From a virus (lineage: Duplodnaviria; Heunggongvirae; Uroviricota; Caudoviricetes), in the IMG/VR virus record IMGVR_UViG_3300008267_000017, positions 64,001 to 85,969 of that record: DNA of 21,969 nucleotides, one strand, 5' to 3'. Position 1 is the first letter of the stretch. Each line of letters starts with the position of its first letter. Below are positions 1-7,130 of this stretch, piece by piece. The notes below the pieces were generated by a model. It did no database searches and had not been told where the DNA came from. It saw only the letters and a program-made list of their open reading frames with translations. The position numbers and the translations under genes are program-made.

Positions 1-930
1 GGAAACAAATTCCAATCTGGGTCTGAGACATGGATTACGTCAGATATTGAAGCTTATTGGATAGAACGTGGAGCACAACTACTTTCTATTTCATCATACG
101 GACAGTTTGGTTGTGTAGGAGCTTCTAGAACATCAGACCAAGACTTACACAATCATGGAACCGCAGCAATTGGTGTTGTCGGACTGGCAAACAATGACAG
201 AACAAGTGGGGCAGGCATTGCTTGGGCTGGATACTTTGAAGCAAATCGACAAAGCTCTGTACCCTCTGGTCAAGGAACAACTTTCGGCACTGAGGTTGCT
301 GTAAAAAATAAGGGAAATGATGTAATAAATAATCCTTATAACAAAATGCCCGGAGGTTCAACTATTGGAGATTGGTTTGCTGCTGGCGGTGACGAATCCT
401 ACAACGGCACACCAGCAAACCCATCAACTTGCGCAATACTGATTGGTAAAAACTCGACAACTTGGAATAAAGGTATCGTTTTTGATGCCGTCGGTATCAC
501 GGGAACCGACGGGGTGAATGGAACTGGCGTTGCTATCAGCATGGCTAAAGGACACGTTTTGCAGTGGCAGGTCGCTGGTGGTTTGGAAGGAGCTTCAATA
601 TATAGTGACGTCAATTCAAATTCACAAAGAAGCGGTCTGATTCTCAAAAACAATCAGATTTGGGTAACTGTTGCAGGGCAAATTACTGGCACTATTGAAA
701 AAGGCTCGGGAACAGCTAGCTACCTAAGAATGATAAGTTCAGCAACCGGAGGAGCTGCTCAAATACAAGTATCAAGCACTGATACAAATTCTGATCTATT
801 ACTTGTACCACAAGGAACAGGGACAGTAAGATTTGGTTTTTTCACTAGCAATGCTGATGCAGCGATAAATGGGTATATCGGAATAAAAGATGCAGCAGGA
901 AATTTTAGAAAATTGGCAACTATTGCTTAA
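1..930 (+). CDS. Tail fibre/tail spike protein, C-terminal part (5'-truncated by the window)
   Basis: Frame is open from position 1 (GNKFQSGSETW...) into the listed 346..930 ORF. Gly/Ser/Thr-rich, beta-structure-like sequence ending NGYIGIKDAAGNFRKLATIA; lies directly upstream of the lysis genes. Confidence 0.75.
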   Translation, partial: GNKFQSGSETWITSDIEAYWIERGAQLLSISSYGQFGCVGASRTSDQDLHNHGTAAIGVVGLANNDRTSGAGIAWAGYFEANRQSSVPSGQGTTFGTEVAVKNKGNDVINNPYNKMPGGSTIGDWFAAGGDESYNGTPANPSTCAILIGKNSTTWNKGIVFDAVGITGTDGVNGTGVAISMAKGHVLQWQVAGGLEGASIYSDVNSNSQRSGLILKNNQIWVTVAGQITGTIEKGSGTASYLRMISSATGGAAQIQVSSTDTNSDLLLVPQGTGTVRFGFFTSNADAAINGYIGIKDAAGNFRKLATIA

Positions 931-944
931 CTTTAAGGATTATT

Positions 945-1106
945 ATGGAAGATACTAAAGAGGTTAGATATGCTCTACCAATGGATTTATTAGAAATGGT
1001 TGTAGGGTACTTAGGTGAAAGAAAGTATCTTGAGGTTAGACATATTATTGCTCGTATAGAGCAAGAAACGATTAAGATAGACATACCTATTGAAGATGCT
1101 CAGTAG
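945..1106 (+). CDS. Small hypothetical protein, 53 aa (possible tail fibre accessory/chaperone)
   Basis: Not in the ORF track. TAAGGA RBS then MEDTKEVRYALPMDLLEMVVGYLGERKYLEVRHIIARIEQETIKIDIPIEDAQ*. The function is inferred from position only. Confidence 0.6.
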   Translation: MEDTKEVRYALPMDLLEMVVGYLGERKYLEVRHIIARIEQETIKIDIPIEDAQ

Positions 1107-1151
1107 TTAAATAAAGATTTATCGCAGCAACACAACAAAGAAAGGCAACAA

Positions 1152-1250
1152 ATGAATAAATTGAATTTTGTAGAAGATACAGACCCTGATGACGAGACGG
1201 GTTCGGGCGAACCCCCTAAGAAACCCCCAGTTAAACCTGTAGGAGGTTAA
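1152..1250 (+). CDS. 32-aa acidic/Pro-rich peptide
   Basis: Not in the ORF track. GAAAGG RBS-like site, then MNKLNFVEDTDPDDETGSGEPPKKPPVKPVGG*. Its last codons (GGAGGT) form the RBS of the next gene. Confidence 0.55.
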   Translation: MNKLNFVEDTDPDDETGSGEPPKKPPVKPVGG

Positions 1251-1251
1251 C

Positions 1252-1665
1252 ATGTTAGCAGCTATCAATGAATATTATTGGGGGATATATCCTAGCCTAA
1301 TGATAGCTGCTGCATACCTCAACAGAAATAGTGTGTCAAGCTTGTGGCTAATATTCATTGTCTCAGCTTCACACTACCTCCCTGTCAAAAACATAGAGAA
1401 TTATTACCTATGGTATGCAGTTGTCATATGTACAGAACTTTTGGTAATAACTCTTTCAATGAGGCTAAAGTGCTATGCAAGCTTCGTTGTTGCTGGTGTA
1501 ACGTCTCTATTACTACTCAGTCACATAACCTCACTTCTTGCAAGTAATACAGCATTATATAGTATTATCGCAAAATATTTAGAACACCTTCAGATGCTCT
1601 CATTCATAGTCGCATCACCATTACTTATAGAAAAATTGAAAAGGAAATTACGATGCCTAGTGTAG
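1252..1665 (+). CDS. Multi-pass membrane protein of unknown function, 137 aa
   Basis: About 4-5 hydrophobic segments and a basic C-terminus (KLKRKLR); GGAGG RBS; overlaps the next gene. Confidence 0.75.
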   Translation: MLAAINEYYWGIYPSLMIAAAYLNRNSVSSLWLIFIVSASHYLPVKNIENYYLWYAVVICTELLVITLSMRLKCYASFVVAGVTSLLLLSHITSLLASNTALYSIIAKYLEHLQMLSFIVASPLLIEKLKRKLRCLV

Positions 1666-2015
1666 AAATTTGGTTGTGGGTATTATCAGGTATTTTTGCA
1701 GTAGCAGGTACTCTTGTGACAGTTGTGTGGGCATTACTACGAGAAGAGGCTAAAGCTCAAGCAGAGCTTATCAAATCTAAAGCAGATCAGGTTAGGCTGT
1801 CAGATGCTGAAATACGTTGGAAAGAGGATATGCATCGTCTTCGCGAGGACAATGAGAAGATGAGTAACAAGCTTGAAGAGCGTCACTTACGAGAGATAAC
1901 ACAGATGGAGACTAGGCTCACTACCAAAATGGAGAGCTTGGAGCGCACAGTATTGAGTTCAAATCACAGTACAAATGAGTTGATAAAAGAGCTTATCAAG
2001 GAGATGGCTAAATGA
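1653..2015 (+). CDS. Putative holin/lysis membrane protein (one N-terminal TM plus coiled coil)
   Basis: TM segment IWLWVLSGIFAVAGTLVTVVWALL followed by a charged heptad-rich tail; ATGA overlap with the endolysin. Confidence 0.55.
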   Translation: MPSVEIWLWVLSGIFAVAGTLVTVVWALLREEAKAQAELIKSKADQVRLSDAEIRWKEDMHRLREDNEKMSNKLEERHLREITQMETRLTTKMESLERTVLSSNHSTNELIKELIKEMAK

Positions 2016-2467
2016 CACAATTGTCACCACATTTCACACTAGAAGAACTCACAGCATCCTCTAAAGCCAAAGCTCTCAAAATAGATAACACTCCAACTCC
2101 AGAAATCCTAGAGAACTTAAAAGCTCTAGCACTAGCTCTAGAAATGATTAGAAGTGTGTGTGGTAAGCCTTTGAAGATTTCTAGTGGGTATAGATATCCT
2201 GCTTTAAATAAAGCTGTTGGAGGAAGTTCTACGTCAGCTCACACGCTGGGATTGGCAGCAGACTTTACAGTGACAGGACTAACACCACGACAGATTTGCG
2301 AGAAGATTGTTGCAGCAGGAATTAGAGTAGACCAACTCATACTTGAAAATATTTCACCAAGTAATCCAGATGGTGTATGGGTACATGTGGGATTGAGTAA
2401 AGGTGTTATGAGAAATCAAGTGCTTACAATGAAAGCTGGTAAGTATTATGTTGGGTTAATTAAATAA
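2012..2467 (+). CDS. Endolysin, peptidase M15 family Zn peptidase
   Basis: LSPHFTLEEL start, SGYR motif, S-x-H-x6-D (SAHTLGLAAD) and WVHVG zinc ligands typical of Peptidase_M15_3. Confidence 0.92.
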   Translation: MTQLSPHFTLEELTASSKAKALKIDNTPTPEILENLKALALALEMIRSVCGKPLKISSGYRYPALNKAVGGSSTSAHTLGLAADFTVTGLTPRQICEKIVAAGIRVDQLILENISPSNPDGVWVHVGLSKGVMRNQVLTMKAGKYYVGLIK

Positions 2468-3090
2468 TGTTGAAATACTGTAGCGTGTGTGGTAATGAGT
2501 TTAATGCAGCTAAAGGTAAAGTGTGTGCTAAGTGCAGATACAACAAAAGAAAACTAGAATTAGCAAACTCTTCTATAGATACTAATAAATTATATCAGTG
2601 TTTAGATTGCAGTCAGTTGAAGACCTATGAGAACTTTTACCCATCTAAAATTAAGTCAAATGGGTTGTCTTCTAGATGTAAACATTGTGAGTCCGTTAAG
2701 TATAAAGAAAGAAAAGACTCAGAAACTTATAAACTACTGCGTAACAAATATCGAGCTAATCGTACTGAAGACCACCGTGAAAAAGCTAGGTTAAAAGTTA
2801 GGGATTGGAAGAGTAAGAATAAGTTCAAAGTTTTGGCTCAATGTGCTAGACGAAGAGCTAGTAAGTTGAGAGCTACTCCTAGTTGGGCAGATAACTCAAA
2901 GATAGTAGAGATATATAAGCGTTCGCAAGAATTGACAATCAGCACAGGAATTATTCATCACGTAGATCACATAGTACCTTTGATATCTGAATTGGTTTGT
3001 GGGCTGCATTGTGAAAACAATCTGAGAGTTATTGTAGGAAAAGAGAACTTATCAAAAGGTAATCGTTATTGGGACGACATGCCAGATTAA
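2467..3090 (+). CDS. Free-standing HNH homing endonuclease with N-terminal CxxC zinc motifs
   Basis: CxxC pairs at the N-terminus; ATPSWA; HVDHIVPL...VCGLH..NNL....ENLSKGN HNH core; TAATG overlap with the endolysin. Confidence 0.85.
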   Translation: MLKYCSVCGNEFNAAKGKVCAKCRYNKRKLELANSSIDTNKLYQCLDCSQLKTYENFYPSKIKSNGLSSRCKHCESVKYKERKDSETYKLLRNKYRANRTEDHREKARLKVRDWKSKNKFKVLAQCARRRASKLRATPSWADNSKIVEIYKRSQELTISTGIIHHVDHIVPLISELVCGLHCENNLRVIVGKENLSKGNRYWDDMPD

Positions 3091-3105
3091 TTTAAAGGAA
3101 AGATT

Positions 3106-3471
3106 ATGTTACAGAAATTAACAAGTATATTTAACTTGTTCCGTAAAGGACAGGAGGTGGCTAATGTAGAAGCTTGGAAAGCTGGGCAAATATCAGCCAA
3201 CGTATTAGCAGGTGTATTTTTAGCAGGAGTTCAAGTTGCAAAAGCATTCGACTATCAAATCCCTATGGATGAAGCTACTGCAAATAACATTGCTATTGGT
3301 GTTGTCGCAGCCGTTAACTTCGTCATCACAGCTATTACCTCGAAACGAGCAGGTGTATTACCAGCCAAACCAACAGGTGAAGCTCTACCAGAATTGGCAG
3401 AAGCCAGTGCAATCTCAGCACCAAAAGAATTGGCTCCTATTGAAGAACGTGTCATCAACTTCGACAAGTAA
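3106..3471 (+). CDS. Membrane protein, putative second holin/lysis protein
   Basis: Two hydrophobic helices (NVLAGVFLAGVQVA; IAIGVVAAVNFVITAIT), AAAGGA RBS, position in the lysis cassette, Pro/Ala/Glu-rich tail. Confidence 0.65.
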   Translation: MLQKLTSIFNLFRKGQEVANVEAWKAGQISANVLAGVFLAGVQVAKAFDYQIPMDEATANNIAIGVVAAVNFVITAITSKRAGVLPAKPTGEALPELAEASAISAPKELAPIEERVINFDK

Positions 3472-3619
3472 TTGTCAATATAAAATAATACCCCTTGTCT
3501 CGTATAAACCTTTTGTAGAGGCTATGCAAGAACAAGGGGAAATTAATAAAGAAAATGCTTTGAATATTCTGACTAATTCGTTTGAGGGAGTTAGATTCAC
3601 AATACATTGCAGATTCTAA
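3236..3619 (+). CDS. Candidate overlapping (+1 frame) ORF at the end of the lysis cassette; true start uncertain
   Basis: Stop-free +1 frame across the 3' half of 3106..3471 that fills the otherwise empty 3472-3619 gap and ends just before the terminator. AGGAG lies 6 nt before the TTG at 3236. Confidence 0.35.
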   Translation: MQKHSTIKSLWMKLLQITLLLVLSQPLTSSSQLLPRNEQVYYQPNQQVKLYQNWQKPVQSQHQKNWLLLKNVSSTSTSNCQYKIIPLVSYKPFVEAMQEQGEINKENALNILTNSFEGVRFTIHCRF

Positions 3620-3645
3620 TATGGTTTTAGTCTTGAGAGACTATT

Positions 3646-3678
3646 GAGAGCGTCCTTCGCAGGATAGCTCTCTTTTTT
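3646..3678 (+). terminator. Rho-independent terminator ending the late/lysis transcript
   Basis: GAGAGC-GTCCT-TCGC-AGGATA-GCTCTC hairpin followed by TTTTTT, at the junction of the convergent gene blocks. Confidence 0.75.
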
Positions 3679-3683
3679 ATTGG

Positions 3684-3827
3684 CTATTCGTTTACAGCTA
3701 GTTCACGTTCAGCATCAGATAATGGAGCAGTATTTGTTAGTGCTTTAATAGCCACTTCCATACCAACATCTTCCACAGCCTTGCTTAGTGCATCACGAAT
3801 AACTTCTTTTGTAATTGACTCAAACAT
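3684..3827 (-). CDS. Hypothetical protein, 47 aa
   Basis: Not in the track. MFESITKEVIRDALSKAVEDVGMEVAIKALTNTAPLSDAERELAVNE*; starts 1 nt after the stop of 3829..4083. Confidence 0.55.
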   Translation of the reverse strand: MFESITKEVIRDALSKAVEDVGMEVAIKALTNTAPLSDAERELAVNE

Positions 3828-3828
3828 A

Positions 3829-4083
3829 TTAAGCTTTCTTGAACGTACCGACAGAGTTGAACAACTTCACAGCTAAGTTGATAGTCTTGTCCAACGCATT
3901 AACATAATCCTTCTCAGATACTTCTGTCCCAATATCTGCTGTGGTTGTCAATAGCTCTCGCACAAATTGGAACTTAGCAGCCCCTTGACCACTTTGAGGG
4001 ATAGCTTCCTCTGCAGCCTTGACAGCTTGGATTACGAGGGGGAGTAGTTGTACTACTAATTTTAAAATTGTAACGAAATTCAT
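3829..4083 (-). CDS. Hypothetical protein with amphipathic N-terminus (weak resemblance to LL-H-type holin motif)
   Basis: AAGGAG RBS; hydrophobic N-terminus followed by AVKAAEE...GQGAAKF..V pattern. Confidence 0.7.
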   Translation of the reverse strand: MNFVTILKLVVQLLPLVIQAVKAAEEAIPQSGQGAAKFQFVRELLTTTADIGTEVSEKDYVNALDKTINLAVKLFNSVGTFKKA

Positions 4084-4094
4084 TTTGATTCTCC

Positions 4095-4304
4095 TTAATT
4101 AAATAAACCTAAAAGTGCTCCGAGAGGAAACACTAACACACCGACAATTTTAAATACAAACTTGGCTGTCAGCCCACCATCATACATCTGAGTGATTTGG
4201 TAGATGTTCATACACCAACCTACAATAACTGTAATCCACAAACCAATAACAGTTAGAGCTAACACTAGCGGCATATCCCCATAGCTATCTTTCTTGTATG
4301 ACAT
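4095..4304 (-). CDS. Small 2-TM membrane protein
   Basis: Two hydrophobic helices; AAGGAG RBS; tight gene packing. Confidence 0.75.
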   Translation of the reverse strand: MSYKKDSYGDMPLVLALTVIGLWITVIVGWCMNIYQITQMYDGGLTAKFVFKIVGVLVFPLGALLGLFN

Positions 4305-4313
4305 AATTTCTCC

Positions 4314-4676
4314 TTAGTTAAATTGTTTGTCTAGGAAAGCGAAAGCATTTCCCTTCTCTTTTACAGCTTGCACAGCCTCATCATTCTTGATAGCAGCCTT
4401 GACATAAGCCTTTGTTACAGCAGGTTTAAAGCTGAAACCTTTAGACACAGTTTTAGCAGCCTTGCCAAACTCCTTAGACAGCTCTTTAATTTCATTTGTC
4501 AGAGCAAAGATTTCTGTGTCAGCAGCAATGACAGCTTTGCGACGTTCTTGCAACTCTTTAATCTCTGCGTCAATAGATTGTACAGCTTCTAATTGTGCAA
4601 TGTAGTCTTTTACAAGTTCTTGCTTCTTGTTAATCTCTACTGCACGTTGTTTCAAATCATCAAATACGTTACTCAT
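4314..4676 (-). CDS. Hypothetical coiled-coil protein
   Basis: GGAG RBS; helical, Ala/Lys/Glu-rich, 120 aa. Confidence 0.75.
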   Translation of the reverse strand: MSNVFDDLKQRAVEINKKQELVKDYIAQLEAVQSIDAEIKELQERRKAVIAADTEIFALTNEIKELSKEFGKAAKTVSKGFSFKPAVTKAYVKAAIKNDEAVQAVKEKGNAFAFLDKQFN

Positions 4677-4687
4677 TATTTATTCTC

Positions 4688-4972
4688 CTAACGCAAAGCT
4701 AAATATGAAGCAAACCGTGTCATCAAGTCATGCTCAATCACTTTCCAAGTTTGTTCAGGGTCTGGTACAGTTTTACGAGCTAATGCATTTGGTAAGACAT
4801 CTAACAAACTGTGAATGCTCTCTGCTTCATCTTCAGCCTTCTCAGCACGTTTATGATAATACTCCTTGTTTGACTTCGCAGACTCAAGTTCCTTGTTAGC
4901 TTTCTCCAACTGTTCTTTCAACTCTTTAACATCCTTACGAAGTGATGTGAGTGTTTCCTTTTTAATTACCAT
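4688..4972 (-). CDS. Hypothetical coiled-coil protein
   Basis: AAGGAG RBS; heptad-rich N-terminal half. Confidence 0.75.
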   Translation of the reverse strand: MVIKKETLTSLRKDVKELKEQLEKANKELESAKSNKEYYHKRAEKAEDEAESIHSLLDVLPNALARKTVPDPEQTWKVIEHDLMTRFASYLALR

Positions 4973-5151
4973 TATTTCTTCTCCTTAAATTGTTCATTAC
5001 ACGTTAAACATTTACTCTCAGTGGTGACTATGTTCCTATCAGGATTTGTATTAACTCCTTCACTATTGTAGATAGGAGGATAATATGCGCATGTCATTGT
5101 CTGAGCTACTGGTATTATACGACACTTATCTGGTGTTTGACAAGTATTCAT
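4972..5151 (-). CDS. Hypothetical Cys-containing protein, 59 aa
   Basis: Not in the track. MNTCQTPDKCRIIPVAQTMTCAYYPPIYNSEGVNTNPDRNIVTTESKCLTCNEQFKEKK*; ATGA overlap upstream and TAATG overlap downstream. Confidence 0.7.
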   Translation of the reverse strand: MNTCQTPDKCRIIPVAQTMTCAYYPPIYNSEGVNTNPDRNIVTTESKCLTCNEQFKEKK

Positions 5152-5348
5152 TTCTTCAAATCTTCAATAACAGACAAGAAATATGGTGTAGCATCTGCAC
5201 CATAATCTTCCTCATCTTCAAACAACAAACGATAGGCTTCATTCATAAACTCATCAGGGGCTTCACGATAACGTCTATCCCATTCTGTAAATGCTGCTTG
5301 GATTTCTCCTACAGTTAATGTCAATACTGTGTCCTTTGTAATTTTCAT
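5148..5348 (-). CDS. Hypothetical acidic protein
   Basis: GGAGG RBS; coupled overlaps on both sides. Confidence 0.7.
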   Translation of the reverse strand: MKITKDTVLTLTVGEIQAAFTEWDRRYREAPDEFMNEAYRLLFEDEEDYGADATPYFLSVIEDLKK

Positions 5349-5527
5349 AATTCCTCCTTCTTAAACGTTTCATTCATACGACTCAGATAAACTGAATAGC
5401 CCTCTTCAAAACTCTTCAACAACTCCTTGATCGCATACTTGTAGAATATGAACGCGCAATACCCCATTGTACTTACTACAAGGAGTCCTCCTACTACACT
5501 TGCAAATACCAACTCAATAAAACTCAT
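5345..5527 (-). CDS. Small single-TM membrane protein
   Basis: Start moved to MSFIELVF (GGAG upstream); hydrophobic N-terminal helix. Confidence 0.65.
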   Translation of the reverse strand: MSFIELVFASVVGGLLVVSTMGYCAFIFYKYAIKELLKSFEEGYSVYLSRMNETFKKEEL

Positions 5528-5529
5528 TC

Positions 5530-5754
5530 CTAGCTCCCCAAATTTTGTATTGTGATATATCCCCAACCTGCTAAACCTGCTTCGATAATGTCAGCAGCTT
5601 CTTCATCTTCTTCCTTTACATCATTCCAAATCCAGTCAAGTTCTTTAAGTACAATGTCTTTGATTTCCTCTTCAGGCATAGAATCTGGTACAGCAAACAC
5701 TTCCTCATTACTGTTACCTCCAAACTGGCCATTCATGTCATACTCACACCACAC
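5530..5754 (-). CDS. Highly acidic hypothetical protein with an anomalous 5' end
   Basis: Open frame (V/M)WCEYDMNG...NLGS*. The RBS-linked ATG at 5769 is immediately followed by an in-frame TGA (see findings). Confidence 0.6.
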   Translation of the reverse strand: MWCEYDMNGQFGGNSNEEVFAVPDSMPEEEIKDIVLKELDWIWNDVKEEDEEAADIIEAGLAGWGYITIQNLGS

Positions 5755-5784
5755 TTTAATGTATCACATCACTCATCCTCCTTA

Positions 5785-6171
5785 TCACCAATCAATATTA
5801 ATAACGTACTCTCCAGCTTCTAACAATCCACGATTGTATAGGTCATTAGCTACCATGTCAACACTAGGGTAGAAATTACGATGCCACCATAATGAGGTAT
5901 ATCCGAGATAATCTGGATCACCATACCACTCTTTAGGGTCACGAGACTGCCAAGCGAAGAAGCTAACTCCCATTTCTTCACCATTAATTATTTCTGGTAC
6001 AGTTGTGTTCTCGTAATCAAAAGGGTTCTTGCAAGGTACAGTCAACTTATGAATACCACGATCTTTACAATCGTCTTGCTGTTGAAAGCTGTAAGGTACT
6101 TTGTAGGTATCTTGGACAAGTTTATCCCAATCCCTGACTTCAACAAACTTCTTAGTTTTACTCTTCAACAT
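5785..6171 (-). CDS. Hypothetical phage protein
   Basis: GGAGG RBS, TAATG overlap, aromatic-rich 128 aa ending AGEYVINIDW. Confidence 0.8.
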   Translation of the reverse strand: MLKSKTKKFVEVRDWDKLVQDTYKVPYSFQQQDDCKDRGIHKLTVPCKNPFDYENTTVPEIINGEEMGVSFFAWQSRDPKEWYGDPDYLGYTSLWWHRNFYPSVDMVANDLYNRGLLEAGEYVINIDW

Positions 6172-6581
6172 TATTCCTCCTTCTTAACATATTTACGATA
6201 CGTATTCTTTATGAATACCACCACCCTCTTCACAACTTCCAACCTCTTCAACTCTGATATAGGCATCACAATCTTGGCATGATCGCTACTCTCAGGTGAT
6301 ATTAGAAAATACTTCCCACAGTGAGAGACTTCTGCCACAAACTTGGTGTAATACTTTCCACTACCAATTCTATTGTTCTTACTCTTAGCACGTCTCTCAT
6401 TAAGCACTTTGAATTTAAACTTATGTGGGAAATGAGGATTATCAGCCATCTCAAGAATTAACGACTCTAAGGAGTCGTATTCTGAATCAAATACTTTAGC
6501 AATACGTTCTCGTGCAAGCCTGTGAGATTCTTTCAGTCTTTCCTTGTATTCAGGTTGTTGCCATAGTTCTTTGAGACTCAC
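6171..6581 (-). CDS. Hypothetical basic protein
   Basis: GGAGG RBS, GTG start, operon packing. Confidence 0.7.
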   Translation of the reverse strand: MSLKELWQQPEYKERLKESHRLARERIAKVFDSEYDSLESLILEMADNPHFPHKFKFKVLNERRAKSKNNRIGSGKYYTKFVAEVSHCGKYFLISPESSDHAKIVMPISELKRLEVVKRVVVFIKNTYRKYVKKEE

Positions 6582-6593
6582 AATTACCTCCCA

Positions 6594-6821
6594 TCAGTGA
6601 ATTGCAGTTGAGCATTCTGAAACAATTTTAAACACCCCTTCGTCTAGCATATCATACACAACATCAATATCTAGAATAAACGGTCTATGCTTTGAGTCTA
6701 TGATAATGTAGCCATTCTCGTAATAGTCTTTAAATGCTGTAAATACTTCTGACGAATCTGTAGCCTTAGTTGAAGTAAATTTAAAGCTGACATCTGTTTC
6801 TACTGTAAATTTTTGCATCAT
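6594..6821 (-). CDS. Hypothetical protein
   Basis: AAGGAGG RBS directly downstream of a promoter. Confidence 0.7.
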   Translation of the reverse strand: MMQKFTVETDVSFKFTSTKATDSSEVFTAFKDYYENGYIIIDSKHRPFILDIDVVYDMLDEGVFKIVSECSTAIH

Positions 6822-6839
6822 TGCCTCCTTAATTTGTTT

Positions 6840-6878
6840 GGAAAGCTCTATTATGGATTAAGAGCTTTCCTTTGTCAA
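6840..6878 (-). promoter_or_regulatory. Sigma70-type promoter with -10 inside a perfect 10-bp inverted repeat
   Basis: TTGACA (6873-6878), 17 nt, CATAAT (6850-6855); arms GGAAAGCTCT/AGAGCTTTCC at 6840-6849 and 6861-6870. Confidence 0.75.
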
Positions 6879-6881
6879 GAT

Positions 6882-7115
6882 TTATTTCAAAGCATCCTCA
6901 CGCCACAGACGCAACAATCCCTGATATCCGTTTGCAACTAAGCTCCCATTCTTAAAAACTTGTGGCAGAGAGCGTAGTCCCATGTTTGCTAATTGTTGCA
7001 TGGCTTCAAAATCTGTATCAACATCCTTAGTCTCATACTCTACACCAGCATCTTCCAACAAAGTTTTAGCAAGCACACAATTTGGACAACCACTTTTTGT
7101 GAATAACGTAATCAT
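6882..7115 (-). CDS. Glutaredoxin/NrdH-like redoxin
   Basis: CPNC active site, RSLPQVF cis-Pro loop, IGG-like NGY; adjacent to RNR genes. Confidence 0.9.
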   Translation of the reverse strand: MITLFTKSGCPNCVLAKTLLEDAGVEYETKDVDTDFEAMQQLANMGLRSLPQVFKNGSLVANGYQGLLRLWREDALK

Positions 7116-7130
7116 TTATTTCCTTTCGTA

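Noticed and set aside
125-653. Minus-strand ORFs 125..361 and 399..653, and the listed start at 346
   Set aside because: The first two are shadows of the tail fibre. The fibre frame is open from base 1, so 346 is an internal Met.
5095-5115. GTAGCTCAG (minus strand), resembling a tRNA D-arm
   Set aside because: No cloverleaf, T-loop or acceptor stem; it lies within the 59-aa ORF. No tRNA genes were found in the window.
5114-5143. Possible promoter TTGTCA-18 nt-TATAAT (minus strand)
   Set aside because: Non-consensus -35, 18-nt spacer and fully inside a coding region; not enough support to list.
5764-5766. Genome-wide TGA recoding
   Set aside because: Many genes end at TGA in ATGA/TGATG coupled overlaps, so TGA functions as a stop.
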